Shown here one piece after another: positions 32,920 through 46,597 of a stretch of 64,000 nucleotides of DNA. The stretch comes from the human T2T-CHM13v2.0 reference genome, Homo sapiens, in assembly GCF_009914755.1 (NCBI RefSeq), contig NC_060929.1. One strand, 5' to 3'. The stretch's first letter is position 1. Each line of letters starts with the position of its first letter. Below the pieces are notes generated by a model that was given only the letters and a program-made list of their open reading frames with translations, had not been told where the DNA came from and ran no database searches. The position numbers were made by a program, and so were the translations under genes.

Positions 32920-34572
32920 TCTAAAGTCTCAAACCCCTCACAGTCATCTATGAGGGTTAGAATAAACTTCTTCCAAACTCCTGTTAAGGCTGCTATTTTG
33001 GCCTCCTCCCATGAATGATGAATGTTCTTAATGGCATCTAGAATGGTGAATCCTTTCCAGAAGGTTTCAATTTACTTTGTTCAGATGTATCAGAAGAATC
33101 ATTATTTATAGTAGCTATGGCATTAGAAAATGTATATCTTTAATATTAAAACTTGAACATAAAAGTTACTCCTTGATCCATGGGCTATAGAAAGAATGTG
33201 ATGTTAGCAGGCATGAAAACAACATTAATATCCTTGAACACATCCATCAGCGTTCTTGGGTTAACAGGTGCATTGTCAATGAACAGTAATATTTTGAAAA
33301 GAATCTTTTTTCCTGAGAAGTAGGTCTCAACAGTAGGCTTAAAATATTTACTAAACCATGCTGTAAACATATGTGCTGTCCTCCAGGCTTTGTTGTCTCA
33401 TTTATAGAGCAGAGTTCGTGTTGATTTAGCATTATTCTTAATGGTGCTAAGGTTTTCAGAATGGTCAATGAGTATTGGCTTCAACTTAGAGTCTTCACTT
33501 GCATTAGCCCCTAACGAGAGAGTCAGCCTGTCTTTTGAAGTCAGTTATTGACTTCTCTCTAGTTATAAATGTTCTCAATGACATATTTTCCCAGTAGAAA
33601 GCTGTTTTATCTCCACTGAAAATCTACTGCTTAGTGTAGCCACCTTCATCAATGATCTTATCTTGATCTTCTGGATAACTTGCTACAGCTTCTACATCAT
33701 TACTTCCTGCCTCACTTTGCATTTTTATGCTATAGAGGCAGCTTCTTAAACCTTGTAAACCAACCTCTGCCAGTTTCCTCCTTTTCTTCTGCAGCTTCCT
33801 ATCTCTCTCAGCCTTCATGGAATTGAAGAGAGTTAAGGCCTTGCTATGGATCAGGCTTTGGCTTAAGGAAATGTTGTGGATGATTTGATCTTCTCTCCAG
33901 GCCCCTGAAACTTTCTCCAGATCTGCAATAAGGCTGTATAATTTTCTTGTCATTTATGCATTCACTGGAGTAGCAATTTTAATCTCCTTCAATAACATTT
34001 CCTTTGCATTAACAACTTGACTTTTGTTTCTGGTGCAACAAGTCTAGCTTTCAGCCTATCTTGGCTTTCAACATGCCTTCCTCTTTAAGCTTAATCATTT
34101 CTAGCTTTTGATTTAAACTGAGACACTTACAACTCTTCCTTAGAGACCACTGTACCATTATTAATTGTCCTAATTTTAATATTGTTATGTCCCAGAGAAT
34201 AGGGTGGTCCAAGGAGAGAGGGAAAGAGGGGAAAACAGCTCATCATTGGAATTGTCAGAACACCCACAGAACTAATCAGTTAAATTTGCTATCTTATATG
34301 GGTGTGCTTCATGGCACCACAAAACAATTACAATTGTAACATCAAAGATCACTCATCACAGATCACCATAGCAGATATAAAGGAGCTGGAACTATTATGA
34401 GAATTACTAAAATGTGACACAAAGATATAAAGTGAATATATGCTGTTGGAAAAATAGTGCTGATGGAAGTGCCCAATATGGGGTTGTCATAATCCTTCAA
34501 TTTGTTTTTAAAAAAACCCCACAGTATCTGCAAATCACAATAACGTGAAGTGCAAGAAAATGATGTATCCTA
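32920..34572 (-). mobile_element. Tigger1, truncated (one terminus missing)
   Basis: ORFs 33185-33370 ('[13 protein letters not shown]') and 33624-33953 are transposase-like. Collinear with the 16965-19357 copy. TIR-like end 'gcaagaaaatgatgtatccta'. Confidence 0.88.
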
Positions 34573-34653
34573 ATCCCTTTTTCACAGCACAGTTCCCTGA
34601 GGCCAGAGCATCCTTCCTGGTCTTTTTCCTGGGAGCAATAGAATGCTGGGTAC

Positions 34654-35489
34654 TGTTAGTGGAAGCAGAGGGGCTTCTTTAAGATTGAGAAATCAGAATA
34701 TGACTGGATAGAGAAGCTTAGGTAAATCTGACCCACTCATGTTTACTCTATTTGTTTCAGAAAAGTAGAGAAGACAGCTCACGATAGCAATTATAAAGGC
34801 ACTGGTAAAAAAAGAACGCATAATGGTCAGGTCTCCAAGTCCCCTAAGCCTCACCTCACATGACTAACAACTTCACACCAGGAAACCTCAAGGAGGCTTG
34901 CCACTGTCTCCCACCCAACTTCTGTAGGTCATCCTAAATGCAGCAAGGTGAGCCCCTCTGAAAATCTATACTCCTTCACTCTTAGCCTTTACTGTTCTGA
35001 TAATCTTCACCTTCCCTATCCCCAAGAAGTTGTCACCCTCTGCCTCTTGCCTGAAGAATCTATCTTCTATCCTGGTCCTTGCAGGGCGGTGAGTCTCCCA
35101 TCAGGTTACTTAACTGTTTATGTCTGCTGCTGGAATTCTGAAGGCCCCATGATGAGCCAATGCCATGGTGCCCAGCAGAGGAGCAGATAGATGCCTTTGA
35201 GAACCCCCAAATTCTGGATCATAACTGGGAACATACCAAGGAAAACAGTCTCATTGTATACACACAGTAGGGAAAGAGGTAGAAAACTAGCTTAAGAAAA
35301 GTTTAGAGAAGGAAGGTAGGGTGCATCTCTGGAGTTGCCCTGCTGCCACCCAGGAATGCCTGTGTGAAAGTCCCAAAAAACTATTCTACTCATCAAGCTG
35401 GATTTTTCCAAGTCATTCTTCAGTCTCTCAGCTCCTTCACAGTTTAGGGATACCTTCTTCTATATAGTCCCAGTTGTTTTCCCCTAACA
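34654..35489 (+). mobile_element. ERVL-class solo LTR (MER54/MER74-like)
   Basis: TG...CA ends; 3' region 'tctactcatcaagctggatttttccaagtcattcttcagtctctcagctcc'. Left boundary uncertain. Confidence 0.55.
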
Positions 35490-35905
35490 GTCCTCGAGCT
35501 CCACATTTGCCACTTGCCTAGAGCCACAATTATTCATTCCTCTACACTCACCCAGGCCTTTGCGCTTATCATTACTTATGTTTGCAACACTCTGCCCTAG
35601 AAAGACATACGGCTCACTTCCTCACTTCATTCAGGTCTCTGCTCTAGTGTTTCTTTCTCAGGGAGGAGACAGATGATCTTCCTAAAGAAACACCACCCTG
35701 TCAGTCTCCATCACCTGCCAGGTTATTTTCTTTATAGCACTTTTCACTACCTGTCAAATTTGTTTGTCTTCCATTCCCCATCCAATTCCAACACCAAAAT
35801 ATAAATTCCATGAAAGCAGGGATTTTTTTTCGTTTACTGAGATATCTTTAGGGCCTATAACAGAGCCTGGCACATACCAGTTGCCCAGTAATTACTGACT
35901 GGATG
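35490..35905 (+). mobile_element. L2 3' fragment
   Basis: 'ttcctcacttcattcaggtctctgctc...aaattccatgaaagcaggg...gcctataacagagcctggcacata'. Confidence 0.7.
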
Positions 35906-36089
35906 ATTCTTCCACCTCCTGGTGCACTACCAACATTTCCAGAAGACTCATTTCTGTTCTTCTTTAACATTTCTTCCACGATGCTTCTCTTGACCTTTTC
36001 AATTTTTGCTGAAGTTGCTTTAACATTAGCTCATTCAGATTCATGTATTATGAGATAAGACCCCCCAAAAAACTGATTTAAAAGTGTTT

Positions 36090-36370
36090 CTGAGAGAAAC
36101 ACTTTCAAAATGGAAATCCATCCTTAAAAAATCTTCTCTGGCATAAAAGCAATGAGAAAACTGACAAAAATGGTCACAATCAACTGCTTCAAAAATCTGG
36201 AAATTAACCAGTTGCAAAACCTCCAAGGAGCATTTAATCAAGAAAAATGGCTGAATCTCAGTAAGTACAGCAAGCTTATGGCTCACTTCCCCGGCTCAGC
36301 TCTGTGGTAGCATAGTAAATCCACAGCCTCTGAAGCATGATGGCTGTGAAGACTATCAGCCTAGCAGATG
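36090..36370 (+). mobile_element. Ancient L1M 5' fragment
   Basis: 'aaatggtcacaatcaactgcttcaaaaatctggaaattaacc...atcaagaaaaatggctgaatctcagtaag'. Confidence 0.5.
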
Positions 36371-37622
36371 GTGCCTGATCATCCTCCCTATGCATGGTCT
36401 CAAGATCATATCACTCAATGTTTCAGCAACTTACCTAGTTTACAAATTTTGACCAATCTCTCATCTCACCAGATCTCTCTAATCTCTGCCCTAAAACCAC
36501 CTTAAGATAAAGCTAAGGCCTCCAGCACCCTCCAGTCCCGTCATGTTTCCCTAACTTTCTCTTTTAGAGATGCCGTGAGATGCTGTTGTCAAGATGGTAA
36601 TCTTCCTTGGCAGTAAGCTTAATAAACCCAGCTTTCTATGATCAATGGTCATTTCTACTGGCCTTTTCCAGGGTCTTGGACATCATCCAACTTGACACTT
36701 GTTTTCTTGCCTCTGACTCTTACTAACCTGTGAATCAGGAGCTACTTCTTTTTTTCTCTGTCACCAAGTTAAGCACAATCTTGGAATAAAGTAGACACTA
36801 AGTCAATGTTTATTGAATGATTGAGTTTATGCAAGATAGAAACTTGGTAGATTTAAATCTGGAGTTTAGTTTGCATTTTGTTTCAATTGGAAGTTAAATA
36901 CCTGGGTCCATATTTCTTTGCCTACTCAGTGAAAGAATAGAAGCAAAGGCAAAGAACACAGGAACAGAACAAAATGCCAAAAATGTTTGCTTTAAAGTAT
37001 ATACAGCAGCACAACAGGAAAGACCTTGAGCCATGCTGCGTGGTAATGGGCAGAGACTGTCACCTCAAATTCTTTCATAAACATTGAGTCATGGCCTACA
37101 ATGCACAAATCTATCATGCAGTAAATAGCAAATGATAAATTTGACATAACGTTTGTTTCTTTTGAGGAAAACATTATATAAGTGATCAAGTTAGTGGCGA
37201 AGAGAGCCAACTTGAGTGGATTTCAAACAGTAAGAAAATTAAATGCTCTGTTACTGCTCCCCAACTTTTAAATGCAGACTTTATAGTCTTTTATTTTAAC
37301 TCTGTTTGTGGAGACACAGGTAAAGAATATTTCTCTATTCAAGATAAACAACAATGCAGTGATAAACAAAAGCCAACCCTAGGTGTTAGTGTTAGGAGTT
37401 AGTGGGGAGTGATAGAGACTACACAGAAATGGGAGTGCCCTTTCTAAATGAGAGGAGCCGCCACATAGAAAACAAACCTGGCACTACCATCCCCCTCTTC
37501 ATTTCCTAAAAAAAAGAACATTAATTTTTATGTGAGATATCCCAATATTTAAATTTTGATTTACATTTAATAAGGGAAAAGGAAAAAAATAAGAAAGAGA
37601 AGGGAAAAAAGAAAACAAAGAA

Positions 37623-37922
37623 GGCCAGGTGCAATGGCTCATGTCTACAATCCTAGCAGTTTTGGGAGGTTGAGGCAGGAGGATTGCTTGAGCCCAGGAG
37701 TTCGAGACCAGCCTGGGAAACATAGTGAGACCCCTGCCTCTACAAAAAAATAATTTAAAAATAATCAGCCAGGCATGGTGACACGTACCTGTGGTCTCAG
37801 CTATTTGGGAGGCTGAGAGGGGAGGATTGCTTGAGCTACAGAGTCTGAGGCTGCAGTGAGCTGTGATCATGCCATTGAAATCCAGCCTATATGACAGAGC
37901 GAGACCTTGTCTTAAAAAAAAA
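37623..37922 (+). mobile_element. AluJ
   Basis: Full dimer starting 'ggccaggtgcaatggctca', J-type 'ggaggattgcttgagcccaggagttcgag', A-rich linker and poly-A. Confidence 0.92.
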
Positions 37923-38903
37923 GGAAAGAAAAGAAAGGGAAGAGAAGAAAGAAGCACTGTGAAAGCCAAATAAAATGTGTCTGAGGACCACCAATTTCCA
38001 CACCTGCTCTAGTCTACCTGCCACTTGCACCGATGTAGAAATTTACATGAAGAGAGGAAATGTGACTGGTCAGGATCAAGGAACCAGATAGAATCCAGGT
38101 GGTTTTATTTCTATGGCTCTCTTCTTCTTAGTACATCTTCATAGCCTCGCTAGTCATATAACCACAATCTCATCCACACAAGCATTTTCTTATGGCTCTT
38201 TAAAATCTGTCTCCTGGAAACGTAGTGCACTGACAGAGTAGCAGCACTCTCATTGCTTAGGAAAAGAAGAGCACGAGGGAGCACACACTTCTCTTCCCCA
38301 CAAAGTACTCAGTGAGCCTTTGCCTTCTAGGAGGCCCACTTCCTGAATCCTTTACAACATGGCCCAAGGGGCCAGAGAGTGCTCAAAGGAAATAATTGTT
38401 ATTTTTACATCTTGCCATCAAGCTTAGCCTGGTACAGTAATTTTCCTCTCAGGCTCTCACAGCATTTTAGAAATATCCATCTCATCTCATATGCTCCCTA
38501 AATAAGGTTGCACAGGAAAATATTAGTCATATTGATGAGGATGAGGTATGGACAGTAGAAAACTTTAGACCTGGTAAATAGAAATAAAAGCTAAGAGAGA
38601 AACAACAACAAGAGCAAATCCTGATGTGTTAGGCCCTCTCTTCTTTTATTTCCTAAAAAAGTTATTATTCGTAAAGCTACTTCTGAGACCTGTTTACTGA
38701 GCTGTCTTTAAACAGAGATTATGACACTGCCGTGAGTTTAATTTCAGAAACTCTTTCTAAAATTTTATAATTTCTTAATTTCATAGCTCTTTCTAATGAC
38801 ACTCTGATTTACTAACTGCTTGCCCATTTTAATAGCTGCGGTCCTTTTTTGATTCCAGTGTGAGTTAAAAGAATCTTAAGAAAGGTTGTGATTTTTTTGG
38901 TTC

Positions 38904-38913
38904 CAAGATGGCC
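38904..38913 (+). promoter_or_regulatory. YY1 site of the L1 5'UTR internal promoter
   Basis: Intact CAAGATGGCC at the canonical position just inside the L1 5' end. Confidence 0.7.
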
Positions 38914-39916
38914 AAATAGGAACACCTCCGGTCTCCAGCTCCCAGTGTGATCGATGCAGAAGATGGGTGATTTCTGCATTTCCAACTGAGGTACCTGGTT
39001 TATCTCATTGGGACTGGTTGGACAGTGCGTACAGCCCATGGAGGGTGAGCCAAAGCGGGGGGGGGGGAGGGGCGTCGCCTCACCTGGGAAGTGCAAGGGG
39101 TCAGGAAATTTCCCTTTCCTAGCCAAGGGAAGCCGTGACAGACTATCTGGAAAAACGGGGCACTCCTGCCCAAATACTGTGCTTTTCCCAAGGTCTTAGG
39201 AACCAGCAGACAAGGTGATTCTCTCCTTTGCCTGATTCGGTGGGTCCCATGCCAATGGAGACTTGTTCACTGCTAGCGCAGCAGTCTGAGATTGATATGC
39301 AAGGTGGCAGCCTGGCTGGGGGAGGGGTGTCTGCCATTGCTGAGGCTTGAGTAGGTAAACAAAGTGGCTGGGAAGCTCAAACTCAGCTCAACAAGGCCTA
39401 CAGCATCTAGACTCCACCTCTGTGGGCAGGGCATAGCTGAACAAAAGGCAGCAGACAACTTTTGCAGACTTAAACGTCCCTGTCTGACAGTTCTGAAGAG
39501 AGGAGTGGTTCTCCCTGCATGGTGTTCGAACTCTGAGAACGGACAGACTGCCTCCTAAAGTGGGTCCCTGACCCCCGTGTAGCTGAAGTGGGAGACACCT
39601 CTCAGTAGGGGCCGACTGACACCTCATATAGGCAGCTGCCCATCTCGGACGAAGCTTCCAGAGGAAGGATCAGGCAGCAATATTTGCTGTTCTGTAATAT
39701 TTGCTCCTCTGCAGCCTCTGCTGGTGATACCCAGGCAAACAGGGTCTGGAATGGAACTCCAGCAAACTCCAATAGACATGCAGCTGAGGGGACTGTTAGA
39801 AGGAAAACTAACAAACAGAAAGGAATAGCATCAACATCAACAAAAAGGTCATCTACACTGAAACCCCATCTGTAGGTCACCAACATCAAATACCAAAGGT
39901 AGATAAAACCACAAAG

Positions 39917-40940
39917 ATGGGGAGAAACCAGAGCAGAAAAGCTGAAAATTCTAAAAAATGAGAGCACCTCTTCTCCTCCAAAGATTGCAGCTCCTTGTCA
40001 GGAACGAACAAAGCTGGATGGAGAATGACTTTGATGAGTTGACAGAAGTAGGCTTCAGAAGGTTGGTAATAACAAACTTCTCTGAGCTAAAGAGGATGTT
40101 CAAACCCATCGCAAGGAAGCTAAAAACCTTGGAAAAAGATTAGACGAATGGCTAATTAGAATAAACAGTGTAAGGAAGACCTTAAGTGACCTGATGGAGC
40201 TGAAAACTATGGCATGAGAACTTCGTGACACGTGCACAAGCTTCAATAGCCAATTCAATCAAGTGGAAGAAAGGGTATCAGCGATTGAAGATCAAATTAA
40301 TGAAATAAAGCAAGAATACAAGGTTAGAGAAAAAAGAGTAAAAAGAAATGAACAAAGCCTCTAGGAAATATGGGACTATGTGAAAAATCCAAATCTACAT
40401 TTTATTGGTGTACCTGAAAGTGATGGGGAGAATGAAACCAAGATGGAAAACACTCTGCAGGATATTACCCAGGAGAACTTCCCCAACCTAGCAAGGCAGG
40501 CCAACATTCAAATTCAGGAAATACAGAGAACACCACAAAGATACTCCTCGAGAAGAGCAACCCCAAGACACATAATTTTCAGAATCACCAAGGTTGAAAT
40601 GAAGGAAAAAGTGTTAAGGGCAGCCAGAGAGAAAGGTTGGGTTACCCACAAAGGGAAGCCCATCAGACTAACAGTGGATCTCTCAGCAGAAACCCTACAA
40701 GCCAGAAGAGAGTGGGGGCCAATATTCAACATTCTTAAAGAAAAGAATTTTCAGCCCAGAATTTCATACCCAGCCAAACTAAGCTTCATAAGTGAAGAAG
40801 AAATAAAATCCTTTACAGACAAGTAAATGCTGAGAGATTTTGTCACCACCAGGCCTGCCTTACAAGAGCTCCTGAAGGAAGCATTAAACATGGAAAGAAA
40901 CAACCGGTACCAGCCACTGCAAAAACATGCCAAATTGTAA
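39917..40940 (+). pseudogene. L1 ORF1p (RNA chaperone), disrupted by frameshifts and stops
   Basis: ATG in 'aaagATGgggagaaacc' and stop in 'aaattgTAA'. Fragments 'SWMENDFDEL' and 'ENFPNLARQANIQIQEIQRTPQRYSSRR'. Confidence 0.9.
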
Positions 40941-42755
40941 AGGCCATTGATGCTATGAAGAAACTGCATCAATTAATGGGCAAAATAACCAGCAGACATC
41001 ATAATTACAGGATCAAATTCACACATAACAATATTAACCTTAAATGTAAATGGCCTAATGCCCCAATTAAAAGACACAGACTGGCAATTTGGATAAAGAG
41101 TTAAGACCCATCGCTGTGCTGTATTCAGGAGACCCATCTCACATGCAAAGATGCACATAGGCTCAAAATAAAGGTATGGAGGAATATCTACCAAGCAAAT
41201 GGAAAGAAAAAAAAAAGCAGAGGTTGCGTCCTAGTCTCTGATAAAACAGACTTTAAACCAACAAAGATCAAAAGAGACAAAGAAGGCCATTACATAATGG
41301 CAAAGGGATCAAGTCAATTCAACAAGAAGAGCTAACTATCCTAAATATATATGAACCCAATAAAGGAGCACCCAGATTCATAAAGCAAGTCCTTAGAGAC
41401 CTACAAAGAGAATTAGACTCCCACACAATAATAATGGGAGATTTTAACACCCCACTGTCAATATTAGACAGATCAATGAGACAGAAGGTTAACAAGGATA
41501 TCCAGGACTTGAACTCAGCTCTGCAACAAGCAGGCCTAATAGACATCTACAGAACTCTCCACCCCAAATCAACACAATATACATTCTTCTCAGCACCACA
41601 TCACACTTATTCTAAAATTGACCACATAATTGGAAGTATAGCACTCCTCAGCAAATGTAAAAGAACAAAAATCACAACAAACTCTCTCTCATACCACAGT
41701 GCAATCAAATTAGAACTCAGGATTAAGAAACTTACTCAAAACTGCACAACTACATGGAAACTGAACAACTTACTCCTGAATGACTACTAGGTAGATAACG
41801 AAATGAAGGCAGAAATAAAGATGTTCTTCGAAACCAGTGAGAACAAAGACACAACATACCAGAATCTCTGGGACACATTTAAAGCGGTATGTAGAGGGAA
41901 ATTTATAGCACTAAATGCCCACAGGAGAAAGCAGAAAAGATCTAAAATTGGCAAACACATTCAAAAGCTAGCAGAAGGCAAGAAAAAACTAAGACCATAG
42001 CAGAACTGAAGAAGATAGAGACACAGAAACCCTTCAAAAAAATCAATGAATCCAGGAGCTGGTTTTTTCAAAAGATCAACAAAATTGATAGGCCACTAGC
42101 AAGACTAATAAAGAAGAAAAGAGAGAAGAATCAAATAGATACAATAAAAAATGATAAAGTGGATATTACCACCGATCCCACAGAAATACAAACGACCATC
42201 AGAGAATACTATAAACACCTCTATGCAAATAAACTAGAAAATCTAGAAGAAATGGATAAAATTTTGGACACACCCTTGCAAGACTAAACCAGGGAAGAAG
42301 TTGAATCTCTGAATAGACCAATGACAGCTTCTGAAATTCAGGCAATAATTAATAGCCCACCAACCAAAAATAGTCCAGGACCAGACGGATTCACAGGCAA
42401 ATTCTACCAGAGGTACAAAGAGGAGCTGGTACCATTCCTTCTGAAACTATTCCAATCAATAGAAAAAGAAGTAACACTCCATAACTCATTTTATGAGGCC
42501 AACATCATCCTGATGCCAAACACTGGCAGAGACACAACAACAACAAACAAGAGAATTTTAGACCAATATCCCTGATGAACATCGATGCAAAAATCCTCAA
42601 TATAATACTGGCAAACCGAATCCAGCAGCACATCAAAAAGCTTATCCACCGTGATCAAGTCAGCTTTATTCCTGGGATGCAAGGCTGGTTCAACATATGC
42701 AAATCAATAAATGTAATTCATCACATAAACAGATCTAACAACAAAAACCACATGA

Positions 42756-43686
<931 letters not shown>

Positions 43687-43721
43687 TGACTTCAAACTAT
43701 ACTACAAGGCTACAGTAACAA

Positions 43722-43830
43722 AAACAGCATGGTACTGGTACTGAAACAGCATGGTACTGGTACTGAAACATGCAACTGGTATTGAAACAGCATGGTACTG
43801 GTACTGGTACTGGTACTGGTACTGGTACTG
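43722..43830 (+). repeat. Compound tandem repeat (22-mer units plus (GTACTG)6) inside L1 ORF2
   Basis: aaacagcatggtactggtactg x2, a degenerate 19-nt unit, then a unit carrying six GTACTG. Confidence 0.9.
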
Positions 43831-45489
43831 AAACAGATATGTAGACCAATGGAACAGAACAGAGGCCTCAAAAATAGCACCACACATCTACAATCATCTG
43901 ATCTTTGACAAACCTGACACGAACAAGAAATGGGGAAAGGATTCCCTATTTAATAAATGGTGCTCGGAAAACTGGCTAGTCATATGTAGAAAGCTGAAAC
44001 TGGATCCCTTCCTTATACTTTATACAAAAATTAATTCAAGATGGAGAAAAGACTTAAATGTTAGACCTAAAACCATGAAAACCCTAGAAGAAAACCTAAG
44101 CAATACCATTCAGGACATAGGCATGGGCAAGGACTTCATGACTAAAACACCAAAAGCAATGGCAACAAAAGTCAAAATAGACAAATGGAATCTAATTAAA
44201 CTAAAGAGCTTCTGCACGGCAAAAGAAACTACCATCAGAGTGAAAAGGCAACCTACAGAATGGGAGAAAATTTTTACAATCTACTCATCTGATAAAGGGC
44301 TAATATCCAGAATCTACAAAGAACTCAAACAAATTTACAAGAAGCAATCAAACAACCCCATGAAAAAGTGGGCAAAGGATATAAACAGACACTTCTCAAA
44401 AGAAGACATCTATGCAGCCAACAGACACATGAAAAAATGCTCATCACTGGTCATCAGAGAACAGCAAATCAAAACCACAATGAGATACCATCTCACACCA
44501 GTTAGAATGGCAATCATTAAAAAGTCAGGAAACAACAGATGCTGGAGAGGATGTGGAGAAATAGGAATGCTTTTACACTGTTGGTGGGAGTGTAAATTAG
44601 TTCAACCATTGTGAAAGACAGTGTGGCGATTCCTCAAATATCTACAATTAGAATTACCATTAGACCCAGAAATCCCATTACTGGGTATATACCCAAAGGA
44701 TTATAAATCATGCTGTTATAAAGATACATGCACGTGTATGTTTACTGTGGCACTATTCACAATACTAAAGACTTGGAACCAACCCAAATGTCCATCAGTG
44801 ATGGACTGGATTAAGAAAATGTGGCACATATACACGATGGAATACTATGCAGCCATAAAAAAGGATGAGTTCATGTCCTTTGCAGGGACACGGATGAAGC
44901 TGGAAACCATCATTCACAGCAAACTAACACAAGGAGAGAAAACCAAACACCACATGTTCTCACTCATAGGTGGGAACTGAACAATGAGATCACTTGGATG
45001 CAGGGCGTGGAACATCATACACTGGGGCCTGTTGGAGGGTGGGGACCTGGGGGAGGGATAGCATTAGGAGAAATACCTAATGTGAATAATGAGTTGATGG
45101 CTGCAACAAACCAACATGGCACATGTATATCTATGTATCAAACCTGCACGTTGGGCGCATATACCCTAGAACTTAAAGTATCATAAAAAAAATTGAACAA
45201 ATTTAAAAAGTAAAACTCGGAACAACAACAAAAAGCCCTGTCATCCCCAATTCAAGGTACCTAAGATAATAATCTACATGAAATACACTATTATTGGTTA
45301 AAAAAAAAAGAGGTTGTGATTATATGGCTGACATGAAAACAGGTGAATTAGAACACAGCAGGTACCTATCTGGAGCCAAAATGTTCTCAACAGGACTTAT
45401 ATAAATTAAAAGGTAAGTTTTTATTTCCAATACATTTCTTATTTCTCTCTTATTAGATCAACAACCATCAGTGTATCGTGATTAACACC

Positions 45490-45622
45490 TAAATATTTCT
45501 CAATACCATAAAAATCATCTGGGGGTATGTTAAGAATATACATTTGTGGATTTTACTTCAGACACTGTGAATTGGAATTCTCCCTAGATGATTCTGATAT
45601 ACACAGAGATTGAGAACAATGA
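45490..45622. mobile_element. MER5A-like hAT MITE
   Basis: 'tttctcaa...aatcatctgggg...tagatgattctgatatacacagagattgagaacaatg'. Confidence 0.55.
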
Positions 45623-46597
45623 AACTGGGGGAAAAAAAGCTTCACATGCTAAGAAAAAGTAGGGTCAGGGTTTTTACAGGGTGACTCAGTTTAATACATC
45701 AGAAAGTGCTGCACTCTGAGGGAACAATAGGGAAATACATTATCTACAGCAACTTGGACTCCAGCTCCTAATTATCAAGAGTAGAACCCCAAATACTTCA
45801 TGAATTTCAACTGAAGCCACACGAACAAGGTGACCACCCATGGATCTGCCTTTCAGGTCTGCTGAATGACTCTGAGCAAGTCATCTAACCTCTTTGCACA
45901 CTTCTAGAGTGATCATGAAGAAAGGTATTGCCTCTACGCAAAAGCATGGGGTCAGGCCGAGCATGAATACCACAGCGCCACTTATGTATCAGTATGCACA
46001 ATTATATTTACATGTGTCTTTCCACTGTTTCTATTTGAGCAATAAGCTTTGATAACTAACCACAAGATTATCAAGATAGATCAAATCTAATATTGTAGAC
46101 CACTTGATTAATTATGCAGAGTTCAAAACAAGAATTGGAAAAGAATTGACTGAAGACAAGTAAATTAAAGTCAGAAAAAATATTGTTGCTTATAATTTAA
46201 AAGTCCAATTACATGACAAAACTATATTTAATTTTAAGAGTAGACTTACCTTGAGTGATGTATGAGCAGAGACAAAACTATATTTACCCTATCTTAAAAT
46301 TTCTATCTTGCCTTATCTAGGCTTTCTTTAGCATAACAGTGTCTCATCATAACCAAAAATTGATAGCCTGAACCAAGTTCTATTGCCCAGCCTTTAACAT
46401 ATTGTAGTTTTATGGATTTCTCAGTAGAGGTTTCTTCTGTATCACAAAGTTACTTATTCTGGGAGATCATTATGTTGCTGCTTCTTGATAATATTAAATC
46501 TGGTATATCTATTTCAAGGATTAAAGGATACTATCATTAAAAGATAAAATGGTACTTGAGAAGAATTTGGCATGTGATATCCATGGATAACATCTAT

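Noticed and set aside
37499-37969. 156-aa ORF (and similarly 27100-27414)
   Set aside because: Antisense Alu translation, a well-known artefact.
43722-43830. CRISPR-like repeat array
   Set aside because: Head-to-tail tandem units with no unique spacers, inside a mammalian L1, and no cas genes.
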